64,000 nt of DNA from the human T2T-CHM13v2.0 reference genome, Homo sapiens, in assembly GCF_009914755.1 (NCBI RefSeq), contig NC_060928.1; one strand, given 5' to 3'. A model generated the notes under the pieces. The model was not told where the DNA came from and did no database searches. It saw only the letters and a program-made list of their open reading frames with translations. How positions within the stretch are numbered: position 1 is the first letter of the stretch; each line of letters begins with the position of its first letter. A program made the position numbers and the translations under genes. Positions 1 through 14,670 of the stretch are shown piece by piece.

Positions 1-244
1 GAATTGCTTGAACCCAGGAGTTTGAGACCAGCCTGGGCAACTTGGCAAAATGTCGTCTCTATAAAAGATACAAAAATTAGCCAGGCGTGGTGGCATGCGA
101 CTGTAGTCCCAGCTACTCAGGAAGCTGAGGTGGGAGGATTGTTTGAACCTGGAAGGTCAAGGCTACAGTGAGCCATGATTGCACCACTGTACTCCAGCCT
201 GGGTGACAGAGTGACACCCTGTCTCAGAAAATAAATAAATAAAA
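1..244 (+). mobile_element. Alu (AluJ-like), 5' end cut by window edge
   Basis: gagaccagcctgggcaac...tacaaaaattagccaggcgtggtggc...cactgtactccagcctgggtgacagagtgacaccctgtctc followed by an A-rich tail. Confidence 0.9.
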
Positions 245-649
245 TGCTGGTTACTATTGTGGAGCAGAGTGGTGGCTCACAGGAAAGAGTGAGCACCCAG
301 CCTGGGACGAAGATTCCAGGATCTGAGGCAGAGGAGAAGCTAGATCTCAAAGGAGAAGCAATATTTGGTCAGAAAAGTGGCAGGGCAGGAGGAGAGATTC
401 TTCCAAAAAGCCAGAACAGGAACTTCAGGCAGAATAAAATCGAAGTCTCAAGACAGACAGGTGGCGTGCCCTTTCAAGTCCTTTTGGAAAAAGTCACAAA
501 CAAGATCCAGAGGGCCAGAGTGGTGACGGAGAGCCTCCCGGAGGAGACAAAGCTGAAGCCGGCCTAAAATGCTGGGGAGAGGCAGGACTGGCACGGTGCA
601 TGAGGAGCCGTTCACCACTATGTGAGGAAGCCAGACCCGTGGGCGCACC

Positions 650-1313
650 TGCTAGAATGGCTACCACCAAAAGTGCGCACTAACAAGTGTTGGTGGGGAT
701 GTGGGAAAATGGGAGCCTCAGGCATTGTTGGTGGGAATGTGACATGTGCTTCCTCCAGGAGTCAAACATCGAGTCACCATATGGCCCAGCCACTCCACTC
801 CGAGACATACACTCAAGGAAACTCAGAGCACATGTCCACGCAAGAACCTGTACCCAAATGTTGGTGGCAGCATTATTCACAAGAGCCAAAACATAGACGC
901 AGCCCAAACGTCCATGGTGAGGCAAGATGTGGTCTATCCAGACAGCGAACTATTATTCAGACGTGAAAAGGCATGAGGTGCGGACTCACACGAAACACGG
1001 AAGGGCCTTGAAACACGATGCCGAGTGAAAAAGCCCGTCACTCATGCCGTGTATTGAACGAACCATTCCCTTTTTGTGAAATGTCCAGAACGGGCAAATG
1101 CATAGAGACAGAAAGCAGATTAGTGAAGGGGACGGGGAGGACAGGGAGTGGAGTGCGGCTGTCTCAGCAGATGTGGGTTTCCTTTCAGGATGGAGAGAAC
1201 GTGCTGGAATTGGGTCCTGTGATGGTTGCACAATGTTGTGAGGATTAAAAACCACTGAACTGTACCTTTCAAAGGCCCATGTTATGGTGTGTGAATTGTA
1301 TCTAAAAAATAAA
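650..1313 (+). mobile_element. Old L1M (L1MB/MC-like) 3' fragment
   Basis: taacaagtgttggtggggatgtgg, cagcattattcacaagagccaaaa, aatgtccagaacgggcaaatgcatagagacagaaagcagattagtg, ending gtgtgaattgtatctaaaaaataaa. Confidence 0.75.
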
Positions 1314-1364
1314 TAGCCACCAAAGGGCCTTGAATGACACCACTGAACGGGGCGCAGTGTGCCC

Positions 1365-1870
1365 GTGCGTGTTGGTGCCTGGTGTGTATGAGATGGGGCG
1401 ACGCGTGGCCATGCATGTTGGCGCCTGGTGTGTATGGGGTGGGGGGACGCGTGGCCATGCGTGTTCGTGCCTGGTGTGTATGGGGTGGGGGACGCATGGC
1501 CATGCGTGTTGGCTCCTGGTATGTATGGGGATGGGGGGGACATGTGCCCATGCGTGTTGGTGCCTGATGTGTATGGGGTGGGGGACGCGTGGCCATGCGT
1601 GTTGGCGCCTGGTATGTATGGGGATGGGGGGGACATGTGCCCATGCGTGTTGGTGCCTGGTGTGTATGGGGTGGGGGACGCATGGCCATGCGTGTTGGCG
1701 CCTGGTATGTATGGGGATGGGGGGGACATGTGCCCATGCGTGTTGGTGCCTGATGTGTATGGGGTGGGGAGACGCGTGGCCATGCGTGTTGGCGCCTGGT
1801 GTGTACGGGGTGGGGGACGCGTGGCCGTGCGTGTTGGCGCCTGGTGTGCATGGGGTTGGGGACGCATGCA
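1365..1870. repeat. G-rich minisatellite, 45/48-bp units, ~11 copies
   Basis: catgcgtgttggtgcctgatgtgtatggggtgggggacgcgtggc (45 bp) alternates with catgcgtgttggcgcctggtatgtatggggatgggggggacatgtgcc (48 bp). Confidence 0.95.
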
Positions 1871-2849
1871 GTAGAACCTGGGAGAGGAGTGTTGTACAGA
1901 TGCAGGTTCTGGGGACACGCTGACCCACAGGGACCTCTGCACTGAGACACTCTGATGTTCCATAAAGTGGATGAAGCAAAATCAAAGAAAAGCATATTGA
2001 TACAAAGCAGCTTCATGTTTCTGCATTTGAACTGCGATACAACCTGAATTTTCCATGCCAGTTTTGAGGCAAAAAAAGCCCAGTGCGCCTCTCCATCCTT
2101 TCATCAGTGCATCTAGTAAGCATAGCCCTTATCTGAGACTGCTTAGGGATGCAGAGCACAGGTCCTGCCATGTGCGCTGAGACACACACACACCCGTCCT
2201 CTGTCACAGAGGAGGAGGGGAGGGGTGACGTGGGCACCACATTGTAAACCACAGGCCCAGGGATGGAGGTGTTTCCTGGTGTTGGCAGGAGAAATCTGAG
2301 CTGACCCCTGTTCAATGTATGGCATGTCTCCTGGAGGAGCCACCAGGAGTGGTGCCTTCATGGAGTTCCCTCCACGTGGGCTCCATACTGGTTCCCCACA
2401 CCAGCACATGGCAGGCACTCCAAAACTATTCAGCTGAATAAATTTACCAAGTTAGCAAACACTTGTTAGTTTTGAGCAGCCCCAGAATCTTTTCCTTTGG
2501 GGAACTGCCCAGTGGAACCTCTAAACACGGGCTCCCTTCCCGCATGCAGGGCTGGCGCCTTGACCTGGGTTATCAGGGTCCTTCTCAGGGGTGATTCTGG
2601 GCCCTGGGAGAGAGGGTATCCTGCCTTCTGAGATCACAGGCATCAGGGATCATCTGAGGCTGGATTTCTGCATCCTAAGAACATCCATCCGTGGGAGGCT
2701 GGATCAGGCGAGGGCAGAGCTGGAGCGGACCGAGGACATCCCTTGGCCCCGGAAGGAGCGCCTCTTTTGTTTTGCTTAAGCTCCTTAGAGTTGGTTTCTG
2801 TCACTTGCAACTGCGTAAAGTCCTGACTAACACGGGGAGAAACAATGAT

Positions 2850-3150
2850 TATTTTCATTTTACAGATGCAAAAACTGAGGCTTCAAGCCTTGGGCAAGTC
2901 ACCTAAATGGCTTCTACATAGAAGGGAGATAATAGTAAGACCTAGGGTTCCCTACAGAATCAGGCTGGCAGGAGAATTAAGCAAAATAATCCATGAGATC
3001 CTTGTCGTGGGGCCTGATACAAGCTAAGTGCTGGGTTAGAGTTAGACATTGATATTAATACCCAGTGCTTAAGAAACCGCCGCCAGGTCACACAGCAAGT
3101 AAGTGGCGAAGCCAGGATTTGAACCCAGGCTGTCCGGCTTTAAGCCTGGC
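2850..3150. mobile_element. MIR fragments
   Basis: cattttacagatgcaaaaactgaggc and ccaggtcacacagcaagtaagtggcgaagccaggatttgaacccaggc match the MIR core. Confidence 0.65.
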
Positions 3151-4009
3151 TGCGTCTGTTGAGTGAGAGGATGCAGCGTGAAAAGAGGAAGAATGGGAAA
3201 TAGCCTTGGGAGGGCCGGTTAGGATCAGAGCTGGAGAACCTTGAATGCCATTGAAAGGGATTTAGATTTTATCCTGCACATAATCAAAAGCCTTCAAAGT
3301 AAATCCAGAAGATTATTCTGGCAGGGGCATAAATATCTAGAGTTGAAACCAGGGACACCCAGCCTCTTGGAAAGCCTTTCAACAGTCTGGTAACATGGAG
3401 ATGAAGAACTGAAACAAGGAAGAGGTACCAGAAACCAAGACAGGGACTGTGATTCCAGACAAGTTGCCCTTGAGATGGGAGGGCTTGATGATTATGTTTT
3501 GGATGCAATCCCCTGAACTGGGGACAGCGACTCAACTTCAGTGTCACACAGTAGAAATCGCTGTGCTACAAACGGATCTTCAATGCACAGTTTGAAAATA
3601 GTTCAGTAACTTCCAGAAAGACAGTGGCTCCAGGCGCCACTCTCAAGGCACCCCACGATACTTGCCTTTTCAAGCCTGCAGGGCAGAATGCTGATGCCAT
3701 TCACTGGAAGGACGAGTGGGTTTGGAAGTTCGGATAATAAATTCCTGTTCGGACTTGTGTGTGACAATGGGAGGAGTAAGCTGAAATACAGGCTGGAGAA
3801 GTCAGAGCTGGGAATTTGGGCATTGTCAGCATGGAGGGATGGTTGAGGTTGGGACTCAAGAGAGAAGACCCAGGAAAGCTCCCAGGAGGAATGCCTGCAG
3901 TGTGAATCCATCCACCAGCAGACCTCAGCCCAGAGAAGACGTAAGACATCCCACACATGTGAAAAGACAAAACAGATTCACAACCATCAGGACTTCTTTG
4001 TCCTGTATT

Positions 4010-4408
4010 TGTATTCATTTGCTAGAGCGGCCTTAACGAGAAAACACAGGTGGGGTGGCTTACGTGACAGAAAGTGACTTCTCAGAGTCCTGGAGGCTCC
4101 AAGTCCCAGGTCAGGGTGTCAGTGGGGCCACCTTCTCCAGAGGCCCCTCCTTGGCTTGCCAGGAATCGCCGTCTCCCCTGTGTCCTCACAGGGCCTTTCC
4201 TCTGCGTGCGCACGTTTCTGCTGTCTCTGTGCATGCACATTTCCTCTTAGAAGATCACCAGTCACACTGGATTAGGGCCTGCCCTGACGGCATCATCCTA
4301 ACCATCACCTCTTAAAAGGCCTGTCTCCAAATGCAGTCCCAATCTGGGGTATTGGGGTTTAGAGCTTCAACACAGGAATTTCGGGGGACACGATTCAGCC
4401 CATAGAAA
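4010..4408 (-). mobile_element. MLT1 (MaLR) solo LTR, MLT1A/B-like
   Basis: tcacagggcctttcctctg...cacactggattagggcc...cttcaacacaggaatttcgggggacacgattcagcccata is the reverse of the MLT1 5' end. Confidence 0.8.
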
Positions 4409-5679
4409 TATCCAAGGTTGGTGAGCTCCTCCTCCTCTTCTGGAGAAGAGGCTACATCCTGGGAGTGCAGGCAGGCGCTTAGGGACACCATCGCTCCTCT
4501 CAAAGCCGGGACTGGTCCCCAGGGTGCTCTGCATCCTGCCTGGGAAGCCAAGAAGCCACCTGTGTGCCCAGAAATAGAGCCACCCACACCCATGGGTTCC
4601 TTTCTCCCGGCTCTTGTTGCCAGATGCACAGAGGCGGCTTGTGTCAGCAGAGACCGGTGAGTACATGGAAGAGTCCTTCTTTTCGTGACCCTCAGACCAG
4701 CAGGCGAGGAAGAATTCCTGCCTGGGAAAGAGCCTTGAGTGGGAAGGGCCAACCCAGGGCATGGGTTTGGAGCATGCCCTCTGGCTTCCTCTTTGAATGT
4801 ACTCAGAAGTCTTCCCACAGATGCTCAAATGCACAAGTGGACAGGGCACATGTGTGTGTGGAGGGAGGAGGGCAGGGAGAAGGGCAGTCGGGCAGGTTCA
4901 CTGGTCCCAGACCTCCTGAGGAATTCTGGGGAACTCAGCCTTGGCCCTGGGCATGTGTTGAGCCCTCCTGCCCTCTGAGCTTGAAGAACACACACTTCCT
5001 GGCAGGAAGAAGAAGTCTTATCCTTTGTATCCTGATTTTTTTTCCAACTTAAGGGAGGGGTTCCCCTGGAATCACTGGTAGACAACTGGAGAAGAATATC
5101 CCGGAGTCTAAATCTTTTTAATTATATATATTTTTCTTGTATGGATGCACCCAACTGAAGACATCCATTCCTTTGCGTATACAGAATATGAACATTATCT
5201 ACAGCTTACCTACCCAAGCGATTTTTAGTTGTCTTTATCTGAAAAAAAAAAAAAAAAATGCCATCACTGAAAGCAGTGCTGTGTCCGGAGCAAGCAAGGG
5301 CCTTGTATTTGCAAGAGTCAGGCAGCCGCCCCACCCCACGGGAGGCTGGGTGGTCACGCCTCAGTGCCAGCCACTGCTCTCAGTTCTGGTCTTTACGCTG
5401 CAGGTCATGATAGTATCTACCACACTGGGTTGTTCTGAACATCAAATGACCTCACACAAACTATGGACTCGATCCTTCTGAAAATGTTACCATCACAAAG
5501 ATGAGGCAGCCTAGAGGAATAGAGCTCCAGATGGAGAGTTTGAAATCTGGGTTCTGATAACAACTTGGCCGTAACCTGTCTGGCGACCTTGAGCAAGCCT
5601 CTTTCTGAGATTCACCCTTCTCATCTATAAAATGGGCACCACGTCTCAGCTTTAACATATATCAAAATGATGGCTACAC

Positions 5680-5780
5680 ACTGGGTCCCACCTCCAGAAA
5701 TTCTAATTTGGAGGTTGTGAGATGAGGCCCAAGAACCTGCATTTTAAACAAGCATCTTAGGTGATTTGGATGCAAATGGG
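5680..5780. mobile_element. MER5A-like hAT fragment
   Basis: ctgggtcccacctccagaaattctaattt...gcccaagaacctgcattttaaacaagcatc...ggtgattt. Confidence 0.6.
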
Positions 5781-5844
5781 CTGGTGAGCATGCCAAGTGG
5801 AGTACTGGTCTGGACCTTCATTCATTCATTCAAGAAGTGTTTGA

Positions 5845-7002
<1,158 letters not shown>

Positions 7003-9561
7003 CTATAAAGGAACACCTGCGGCTAGGCAATTTGTAAAGAAAAAAGTTTGAATTGGCTCACGATTCTACAGGCCATACAGGAAGCATGGCACCGACATCT
7101 GTGCCACTTGAGGGCCTGAGGAAGCTTACAAGCAATTGAGGGAGAAGGGGAAGGGGGAGCAGGTGCATCCTATGGTGAAAGCAGAGTGAGAGAGAAGCTG
7201 GAGGTGCCGCACTCTTTAAACAACTAGATCTCACACGAATTCACTCGCTCTTGCCAGGATAGCACCAAGCCATTCAAGAGAGATCAGCCCCTATGACGCA
7301 AACACCTCCCACTAGGCCCCACCTCCAACACTGGGGATCACATCATGAGACTTGGAGGGATACACATCCCGATGGAACAAGCGGCTGCTATGTGTGTGAG
7401 GATCTGGAGAAGCAAGAAGGGCCTTGCTCCCCTGGAGCTGACACTGCAGTGGGAGAGACAGCCGTAAATGTGCAGACAGACAGATGCATAGCACAGTGGT
7501 AGTGATAGCTATGTGTGCGGAATGAAATGGAGCGGAGGACGGAGAGGGACTGGAACAAGCAGCAGAGCTTTCACAGAGAATCCATCTTGCCCATCACTCA
7601 TGTCCTACAGCACCCAACACATCACTGAGCAAGTTTATTAGGCCCCCGTGCTGCCCAACTTGCTTCCAGAGGCCTTGAAGGACACCAAAGAAGACGCATG
7701 GGATGCAGCTGGAGGCCAACCCTCAGAAAGCTCACCCTTTAGTTGGCAAGCCATGAGCACATAATTCTAGAAAGCGTGTAATTACATGCCCCGCGCTGTT
7801 GGTGTGGGGCTAATTCCAGGTGTGGCTGAAGGTTGCCAGAGGTGGCGACCATCTCAGCAGGAGGTGGGTAGGGAAGCCTCTGAGAAGAGGTGGCTCCTAG
7901 ACATTGCTCTAAAGGCATGTTAATGTGAGGTGGAAACAGGCCCGGGTGCAGAGCAGCAGGCTTTCCCAAGACTTCATGGCTATTTATGAGGGTGGCTGAG
8001 ATGTTTGGACCTAGAGAGGTTGGATACCCAGAGCTAGCCAGAGAAGCAGAGGAACACTGGGGGAAACAGACACACAAGCTCTCACCTCGCCTGTGCTGCA
8101 CGCTAATTTTAGAGCCTCAGGCATGTCATTTAATCTCTCTGTGCTTTAATGCCTTCCCCCTTAAAGGAGGGATAATAATTTATGTCAGCCTCTCCCCAGG
8201 GATGGTATAAGGGGAGAAAGGAGATAATAGCTGGGAACATGATTGGGATAATAAAGAGTAACAGGAATAAGCCTATTATTAAGTATTAATGTTATGATTT
8301 TGCAGCTCACAATTGGCAAGCTCCCTGAATAACTATACCACGAAGAATCTTGAAGCTGTGGCTTCTCTGTGGGCACTTTATCTTCAAACCCATCAGATTC
8401 CATAGATACTAAAACCCCGTGTTCGAGGTTTTATTTTCTACTATATGATTTGAATGTTCATTAACTGCTTAAACCTTGCAGCTCCTTCCAAGTGGCTCCT
8501 GAATACTGCTTGGGGTTGCTTGAGCACGACGTTGAATAGGGCCCCGGAGATACCCGCCCTGATGTAAGCTACACAGAAACGGGAACTACCGCACACTCTA
8601 AAGTCTTTCCCATATTTTGAGTGTGAAAGCAAATTGTCATTGCATTTTGGAATGAACCCAGGGCTCTGTGTCTCCAGCCAGGGTGCTGGGGCAGCGGTGA
8701 GTAGAGGCGGGTTGCAGGGATGGTCTTCCTTGAGCATCACTTTAGTTCATGGAAAATAATTTGAAAGATTATGATATTAAGTCAGATGTGTTTAACTCAG
8801 TGTCTCTGGCCTCTTTAGACACAAGCCTGTGTCTAAAAAGTAAATTATCCTTCTCTTTTCAGATGGAAGTGATGATGTCGTGAGCTCACACCAGGCTGCT
8901 TGCTGGAACTTCCGTGAATGCTCCAGCACGCTGCCCACGGTACTCTGGGACATCTCGCTTGGCTTCACTTTTTTATCTGTGTTGTCTCCGGCCTCTGTAC
9001 CTTCATGACAGGTCTGCCCGGTGGGGCCCAGCTGATGCCCCCCACTGCCTCCCACCTGCAGCCTGGTGGCCAGGACATCCACCTCTCCCATCCCTGCAGC
9101 TTGGCTGAGATGATGAGCTGATGTAAGCACGTGGTGCTGAGCCTTGGGGCTAGCTGGAGGACCACACGGAGCGTAAGAGATGCCTGCACTAAAAGGGCTT
9201 GGCTGCCCTCACAATTGCTGTACTGCCCGCAGCAGGCTTCCCTCCATGGACACAGGCGCCACCACCCACACCCCACCAGGAAGAATCCCCAGGTAGCTCC
9301 ACACCTTGGAATGAAGGCCAAGCAAGCTGCAGAGAGGAAAGCCTTACTTTCCCCAGTCTCAGTCCACTTCTTTTTGTACTCTGGGATTAAACTCTTTTCA
9401 GGATGACTAACAGTGGAAACATCTATTTGTTCAGAAGGAAACAGCCACTCCGACCCACAGGTTCTGGTCTCTGCCGGCCGGTGCCAGTCAATAGAGTAAC
9501 TGATGATGAATTTCACAAAGCCCAGTCCATTCCGTCTCAGATGCCAATAAGAATCCGTCCA

Positions 9562-9690
9562 GGCCAGGTGCAGTGGCTCGCGCCTGTCATCCCAGCACTT
9601 TGGTAGGCCAAGGTGGGAGGATCATTGGAGCCAGTAATTCGAGACCCGCCTGGGCAACGTAGGAAGACCCTGTTTCTACAAAAAGAAAAA
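9562..9690 (+). mobile_element. FLAM/Alu left monomer
   Basis: ggccaggtgcagtggctcgcgcctgtcatcccagcac...; TSD gaatccgtcca at 9551-9561 and 9692-9702. Confidence 0.85.
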
Positions 9691-9704
9691 GGAATCCGTC
9701 CAGG

Positions 9705-9985
9705 AGGACAAACGCTGTCAGCTCCAATTCTAGGAGGTACATGGAGTAGTCACATTCATAGAGACAAGACATAGATTGGTGGTTGTCAGGGCCTGGCGGG
9801 AAGGGGAGGGGGAATTAGGGTTTAGCAGGTACAGAGGAAGCTTCAGTTGGTTGGATGAAAAAGTTTTGGAGCTAGGGCACGGTGATGGCTGTACAAAAAT
9901 GTGAGTGTGTATCAGGCCACAGAACTGCACACTTAAAAATGAATACAATGGGGACTTTTATCTTATGCACATTTTATCACAATTT
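9705..9985 (+). mobile_element. L1M 3' fragment
   Basis: attcatagagacaagacatagattggtggttgtcagggcctgg...gatgaaaaagttttggag...actgcacacttaaaaatg. Confidence 0.7.
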
Positions 9986-11679
9986 TAGCAAATCAGTCCA
10001 GGTTGCACCATGCTGCATCTGGACTGTTCTTGTCACCATCTCTCTCCAGTGTGAGGCGAGATAGAGGCCAGATCTGGGGGCAGAGTCCAGCATTGGCTGC
10101 AGGCCTCCTGTGAGCAAGCTTAGACCAAAAGGCACACAAACATTTCCCAAGAGCAACAACAGTTTCCTGCTCAGGCCAAGTCTGCATGTGGGGAGAAGAA
10201 CAAAATATTTCTCCGAACTCTGCAGGGTGCAGTTCAGCGGGCACTCTCAAATGCACTCAGGGCGTGCAGGGGGCCCCAGGAGAATAATGAACATGCCTCG
10301 AGTTCATGGCTCCCAAAGACCCCGCCTGGTTCATTTTCTCAAAACAAAAGAAGCCTTTCTAGGGCATTAAGAGCTTCGACCTCCAGTGCAGAAACTGCTG
10401 GCGACTTTGAAATGGCAGCCCTCCAGCCACAAAGAAAATCTCCAGGCTCTGCATGCCGCGCTTACACACAGACATTGCAGCACTCTCAAAATCTGCACAG
10501 ATTTGCAAGATGGAACTTGCCTTCAAAGAAATGTTGTCTCCCTTCTGGCTAGACATCCCTGCCCTTTGGGGTTCTTTGCTCTCTCGCCTTAAGCCTTCAG
10601 GAGCAGTTGAGTGGAAAGTTTGGGAAGTCTGAGCCGGGGTCAACTCTCTCTGGAGTTGCCTGCCTTGGGAAAGGCCCAGGTTGAAGTCTTCCTTGCTAGA
10701 GGCCCCGCCCAGACACCTGAGTAGCCCACCCTGTTGAACAGCTTAGCATTCTCCACTTGTAAGGACTTTGACTACAATGAGCCTGAAGGGAGCTGAAATG
10801 CAAGAAAAGAAAAAGAACAGCTTCAGGTGCCACAGTGAAATCCCACCAAGAGAATTCTCTGAGATGGTTCACAAGCCCTCAACAGACCCTCCTGGGCACG
10901 CCAGACCCCCTGTCAGATCTCAGCAGCCCCAGCGGAGCTCTGGGGTTCACACAGTCACCAAGAAAAGGGAGTCCAGCAAGTCACTGCGGGTGACCCTAAG
11001 GTGGGCATGCATAGGCACTGAGCCTCTGTTAGGAGAGGATTCTCTAAAGCAAGAAAAAAATATTCGAACAACGATCAAATCTGGGCCCAAGTCCACGGAT
11101 TGTGTTGACTACTCTGAAAGAGATTTTCCACCTCCCCAACTTTCGGAGAAGTTAATTTAAAAGAAAACCCTACATCTGCTGTTCTTTTTGGCTGCTCAGC
11201 ATCTCAGCTTGTCCATTTCAGGAACCCCCTGCCCTGTGGAGGAAAAGCCTGCCTTGTATAGTACAGGATAAAAGTGCTGGAGAGCACCTGCCCGGACTCC
11301 CACAGTGAGCGGTGGCCCAGGCTCCGCCTGCTCCCCAGCCCTAGCCCAGGCTGTGGACTGGAAGTGGCTGATGGGAGGTAGCAGGGGTGAGGCCGGCTCC
11401 GCCCTGAGGATGGGTGTGGCCGCTGCAGAGGTTCTGGAAGCTCTGGGGACCGCACTGTAAACAGCTGCTGGTCCCAGCAGCAGCCACGGAGGTTCTGGGC
11501 TATGGCTGGGTGGTGCTCCTAAGTGGCCTCATTCTCCAGTGATTCCAACAGGACACCCGATACCCTTTCCAATACAGTCCCTTTCCACTTGAATGAACCA
11601 GAGTCTTTTTCTATTGCTTAAATCTAAAATTCCCAAATGCGGTATGCCACTAGCACTGTATGCCAGAGAATCTCTCATT

Positions 11680-12200
11680 TTCTTTTATTTTAAAAAATTT
11701 ATTTTTCAAGGGCTTTAAGGGTACCAGTGGTTTTTGGTTACATGGATGAATTGTGTAGTGGTGAAGTCTGGGCTTTTAGTGCACCCGTCCCTGGAATACT
11801 GTACATTGTACCAGTCCCTGGAATGTACATTGTACCCGTCCCTGGATAGTGCACATTGTACCCATCCCTGGAATAGTGTACACTGTACCCGTCCCTGGAA
11901 TAGTGTACATTGTACCCGTCCCTGGAATAGTGTACACTGTACCCGTCCCTGGTAGAGTGCACACTGTACCCGTCCCTGGAATAGTGCACATTGTACCGGT
12001 CCCTGGAATAGTGCACATTGTACTCGTCCTTGGAATAGTGTACACTGTACCCGACATGTGATTTTTCATCCCTCCCTCCCCTGTTGCAAGTCCCCAATGT
12101 CCATCGTACCCACTCTGTATGCCTTTCCGTACCCATAGCTTAGCTCCCATTTATAAGTGAGAACATGTGGTATTTGATTTTCTGTTCCTGAGTGACTCTA
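11680..12200 (-). mobile_element. L1PB-like 3' end containing a minisatellite
   Basis: tttttggttacatggatgaattgtgtagtggtgaagtctgggcttttagtgcaccc...agcttagctcccatttataagtgagaacatgtggtattt. Confidence 0.8.
11780..12053. repeat. 27-bp minisatellite, ~10 copies
   Basis: Unit tgtacccgtccctggaatagtg(t/c)aca(t/c); 9-aa periodicity in the overlapping ORFs. Confidence 0.95.
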
Positions 12201-13067
12201 TTTTGTTTTAGGTTAAACCCTGACTTGGCAATAAAACCTTGAACATCCTGGGATACTTTTGAAGTCATATTTAATTCTTTGAAAGCACAGGCAGTGAAGT
12301 CCACAACTCCTGGAGCCCCGTCTTTATGGAGGAGAGGGAGGCAGAGGAATGGACACTATAGGCATTAGTAGTGAGCAAAATATTTCCCAATGGTCTGAAA
12401 GAATCAATGGGCCCAACTAAAGGATACCTGAAGATCAAGGCTTGCCGGCAGGAGGAAGAGCCGGTCTCAGAATACAGCCCAGGGCATGTGGACTGCAGAG
12501 GGCTGCAGAGAGAGGGACAGGCCTCCTGCTTCTCCTTCTGTGTCCCTCAGCCATCCTCCTTCAGTTTTCCCTGGACAGTATGGTGCCAATCACATAATCG
12601 GAGAGTTGGGGACCCTTGCTGGGCCCTGCAGAAACTTGTGGCAATAAGGCAGAGGGCAGGTGCATTGAACGTGGGTTCAGAAGCCCCGGCCTGAACCAGG
12701 GCTATTCCCCGGCTGTGAGCTGGAAACTTTGATGGGGCAGCCCATGCGGTCCCTCAGGGCCAGCCTCCTCCTTTGTAAATAAGGGCAGGAGGGATTTAAA
12801 TCACTGATTTAAGTCAGGGGTTCTCAAATTCTAGTGCAAGAACTGGTGCTAGACTGTGAAAAAGTATTCATTTTCACAGGTTGATGGAGAAAAGAGAAAA
12901 CCACAATAACAAAAAAAGTAATAATTTTGTCCTGAAGCTAATTTATTTCTATTAAAATGCTGAGAAGTTCTGTTTTGTTACAATTCACTTTGCATGTGAA
13001 TTCTATCACAGTGGTGAGGTGGATGATATGTATTCTAATTACTTCATCTGAGTGAATAAAAAGTTAG

Positions 13068-13389
<322 letters not shown>

Positions 13390-13657
13390 CCAAATCGTCT
13401 TTATAAAATTTTATCAGCCTGTGAGATCTAAAACTCTGGTAACTACTAGATTAACGTCTAAATTCCCTTCTACTTGTGTCTATGGATTTAGCTGAGTAGA
13501 AGTACCTGGAGTGTAGCGAAATAGTTGAGAGTCAGATTTTAATTTAACATGAAATACTAAGTCTAATACTCAGGCAATGAAAATACATGTTAGCACTGGT
13601 GGAACTGAAGGGATTGCTGTCTGCTATGTGCCATGAATGGATGACAGTAAAAAAGGT

Positions 13658-13976
<319 letters not shown>

Positions 13977-14670
13977 TCAGCCACTGTGAACAGTGAACTG
14001 TGATGGCAACTAACGACCTACATTTTTTCAGAAAACTTTGAGGAGAGGACGTCGCTGTAACCTTTTACCTGGATAGCGGTCAGCACTCCCACTGTCAATC
14101 ACTAACTCTTGGTCCACAGGGCACGTGTCACCTGCTTCCTTTTCAGAAATAGTAAGGGGTGACTTCATGTTGCAGTGCCCTAAATGGAGGATGAATCTGT
14201 GCTTGGAGAACAGTGGGTTATTTCAAAGTCTGTGTTTGTGAGTTGCTTAAATAGGATTTGTTTCCATTCCCCATGTGAGGTCCTATGCTATCTGGAGATA
14301 GAGAAATGGCATGAACCTGAATTGATGTTGATATTTTAAAGTTAAGTATCTTTACAATATGGAGCTTCACGAATTCTAAAAGTGCCCTGCTGTTGAGTTT
14401 TCTGTTTTTGCCATGTGTCCTGGGTCCCACCCAAAGGGTAAGAAATCCAAACTCTTTTTTTGCCTCTAGTCTAAGCTAGGGCTTTGTTTTCATACAGCTG
14501 TGCCCTGTCTCAATCTGTAATGGAATATAAATACATGCATTGATGTATGTATTTGAGTAACAGCCATCATCTGGGTACAAAGCACTAAGAGATCCGAGAT
14601 AAGGCCTCTGTTGTTGACTTTGTATGTCCAGCACACCGCAGGTGTGCAGCCAGTGTGTGATGGCCAGGAG

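Noticed and set aside
986-2016. Overlapping 148-325 aa ORFs on both strands
   Set aside because: Produced by the 45/48-bp VNTR with unit lengths divisible by 3
8840-9410. Strong 3' splice-site-like tracts (ctcttttcag at ~8862 and ~9401)
   Set aside because: No convincing paired donor or coding frame; lncRNA exons cannot be called from sequence alone
11780-12053. Regular ~27-bp repeats as a CRISPR-like array
   Set aside because: Head-to-tail units with no unique spacers, inside an L1, in primate DNA
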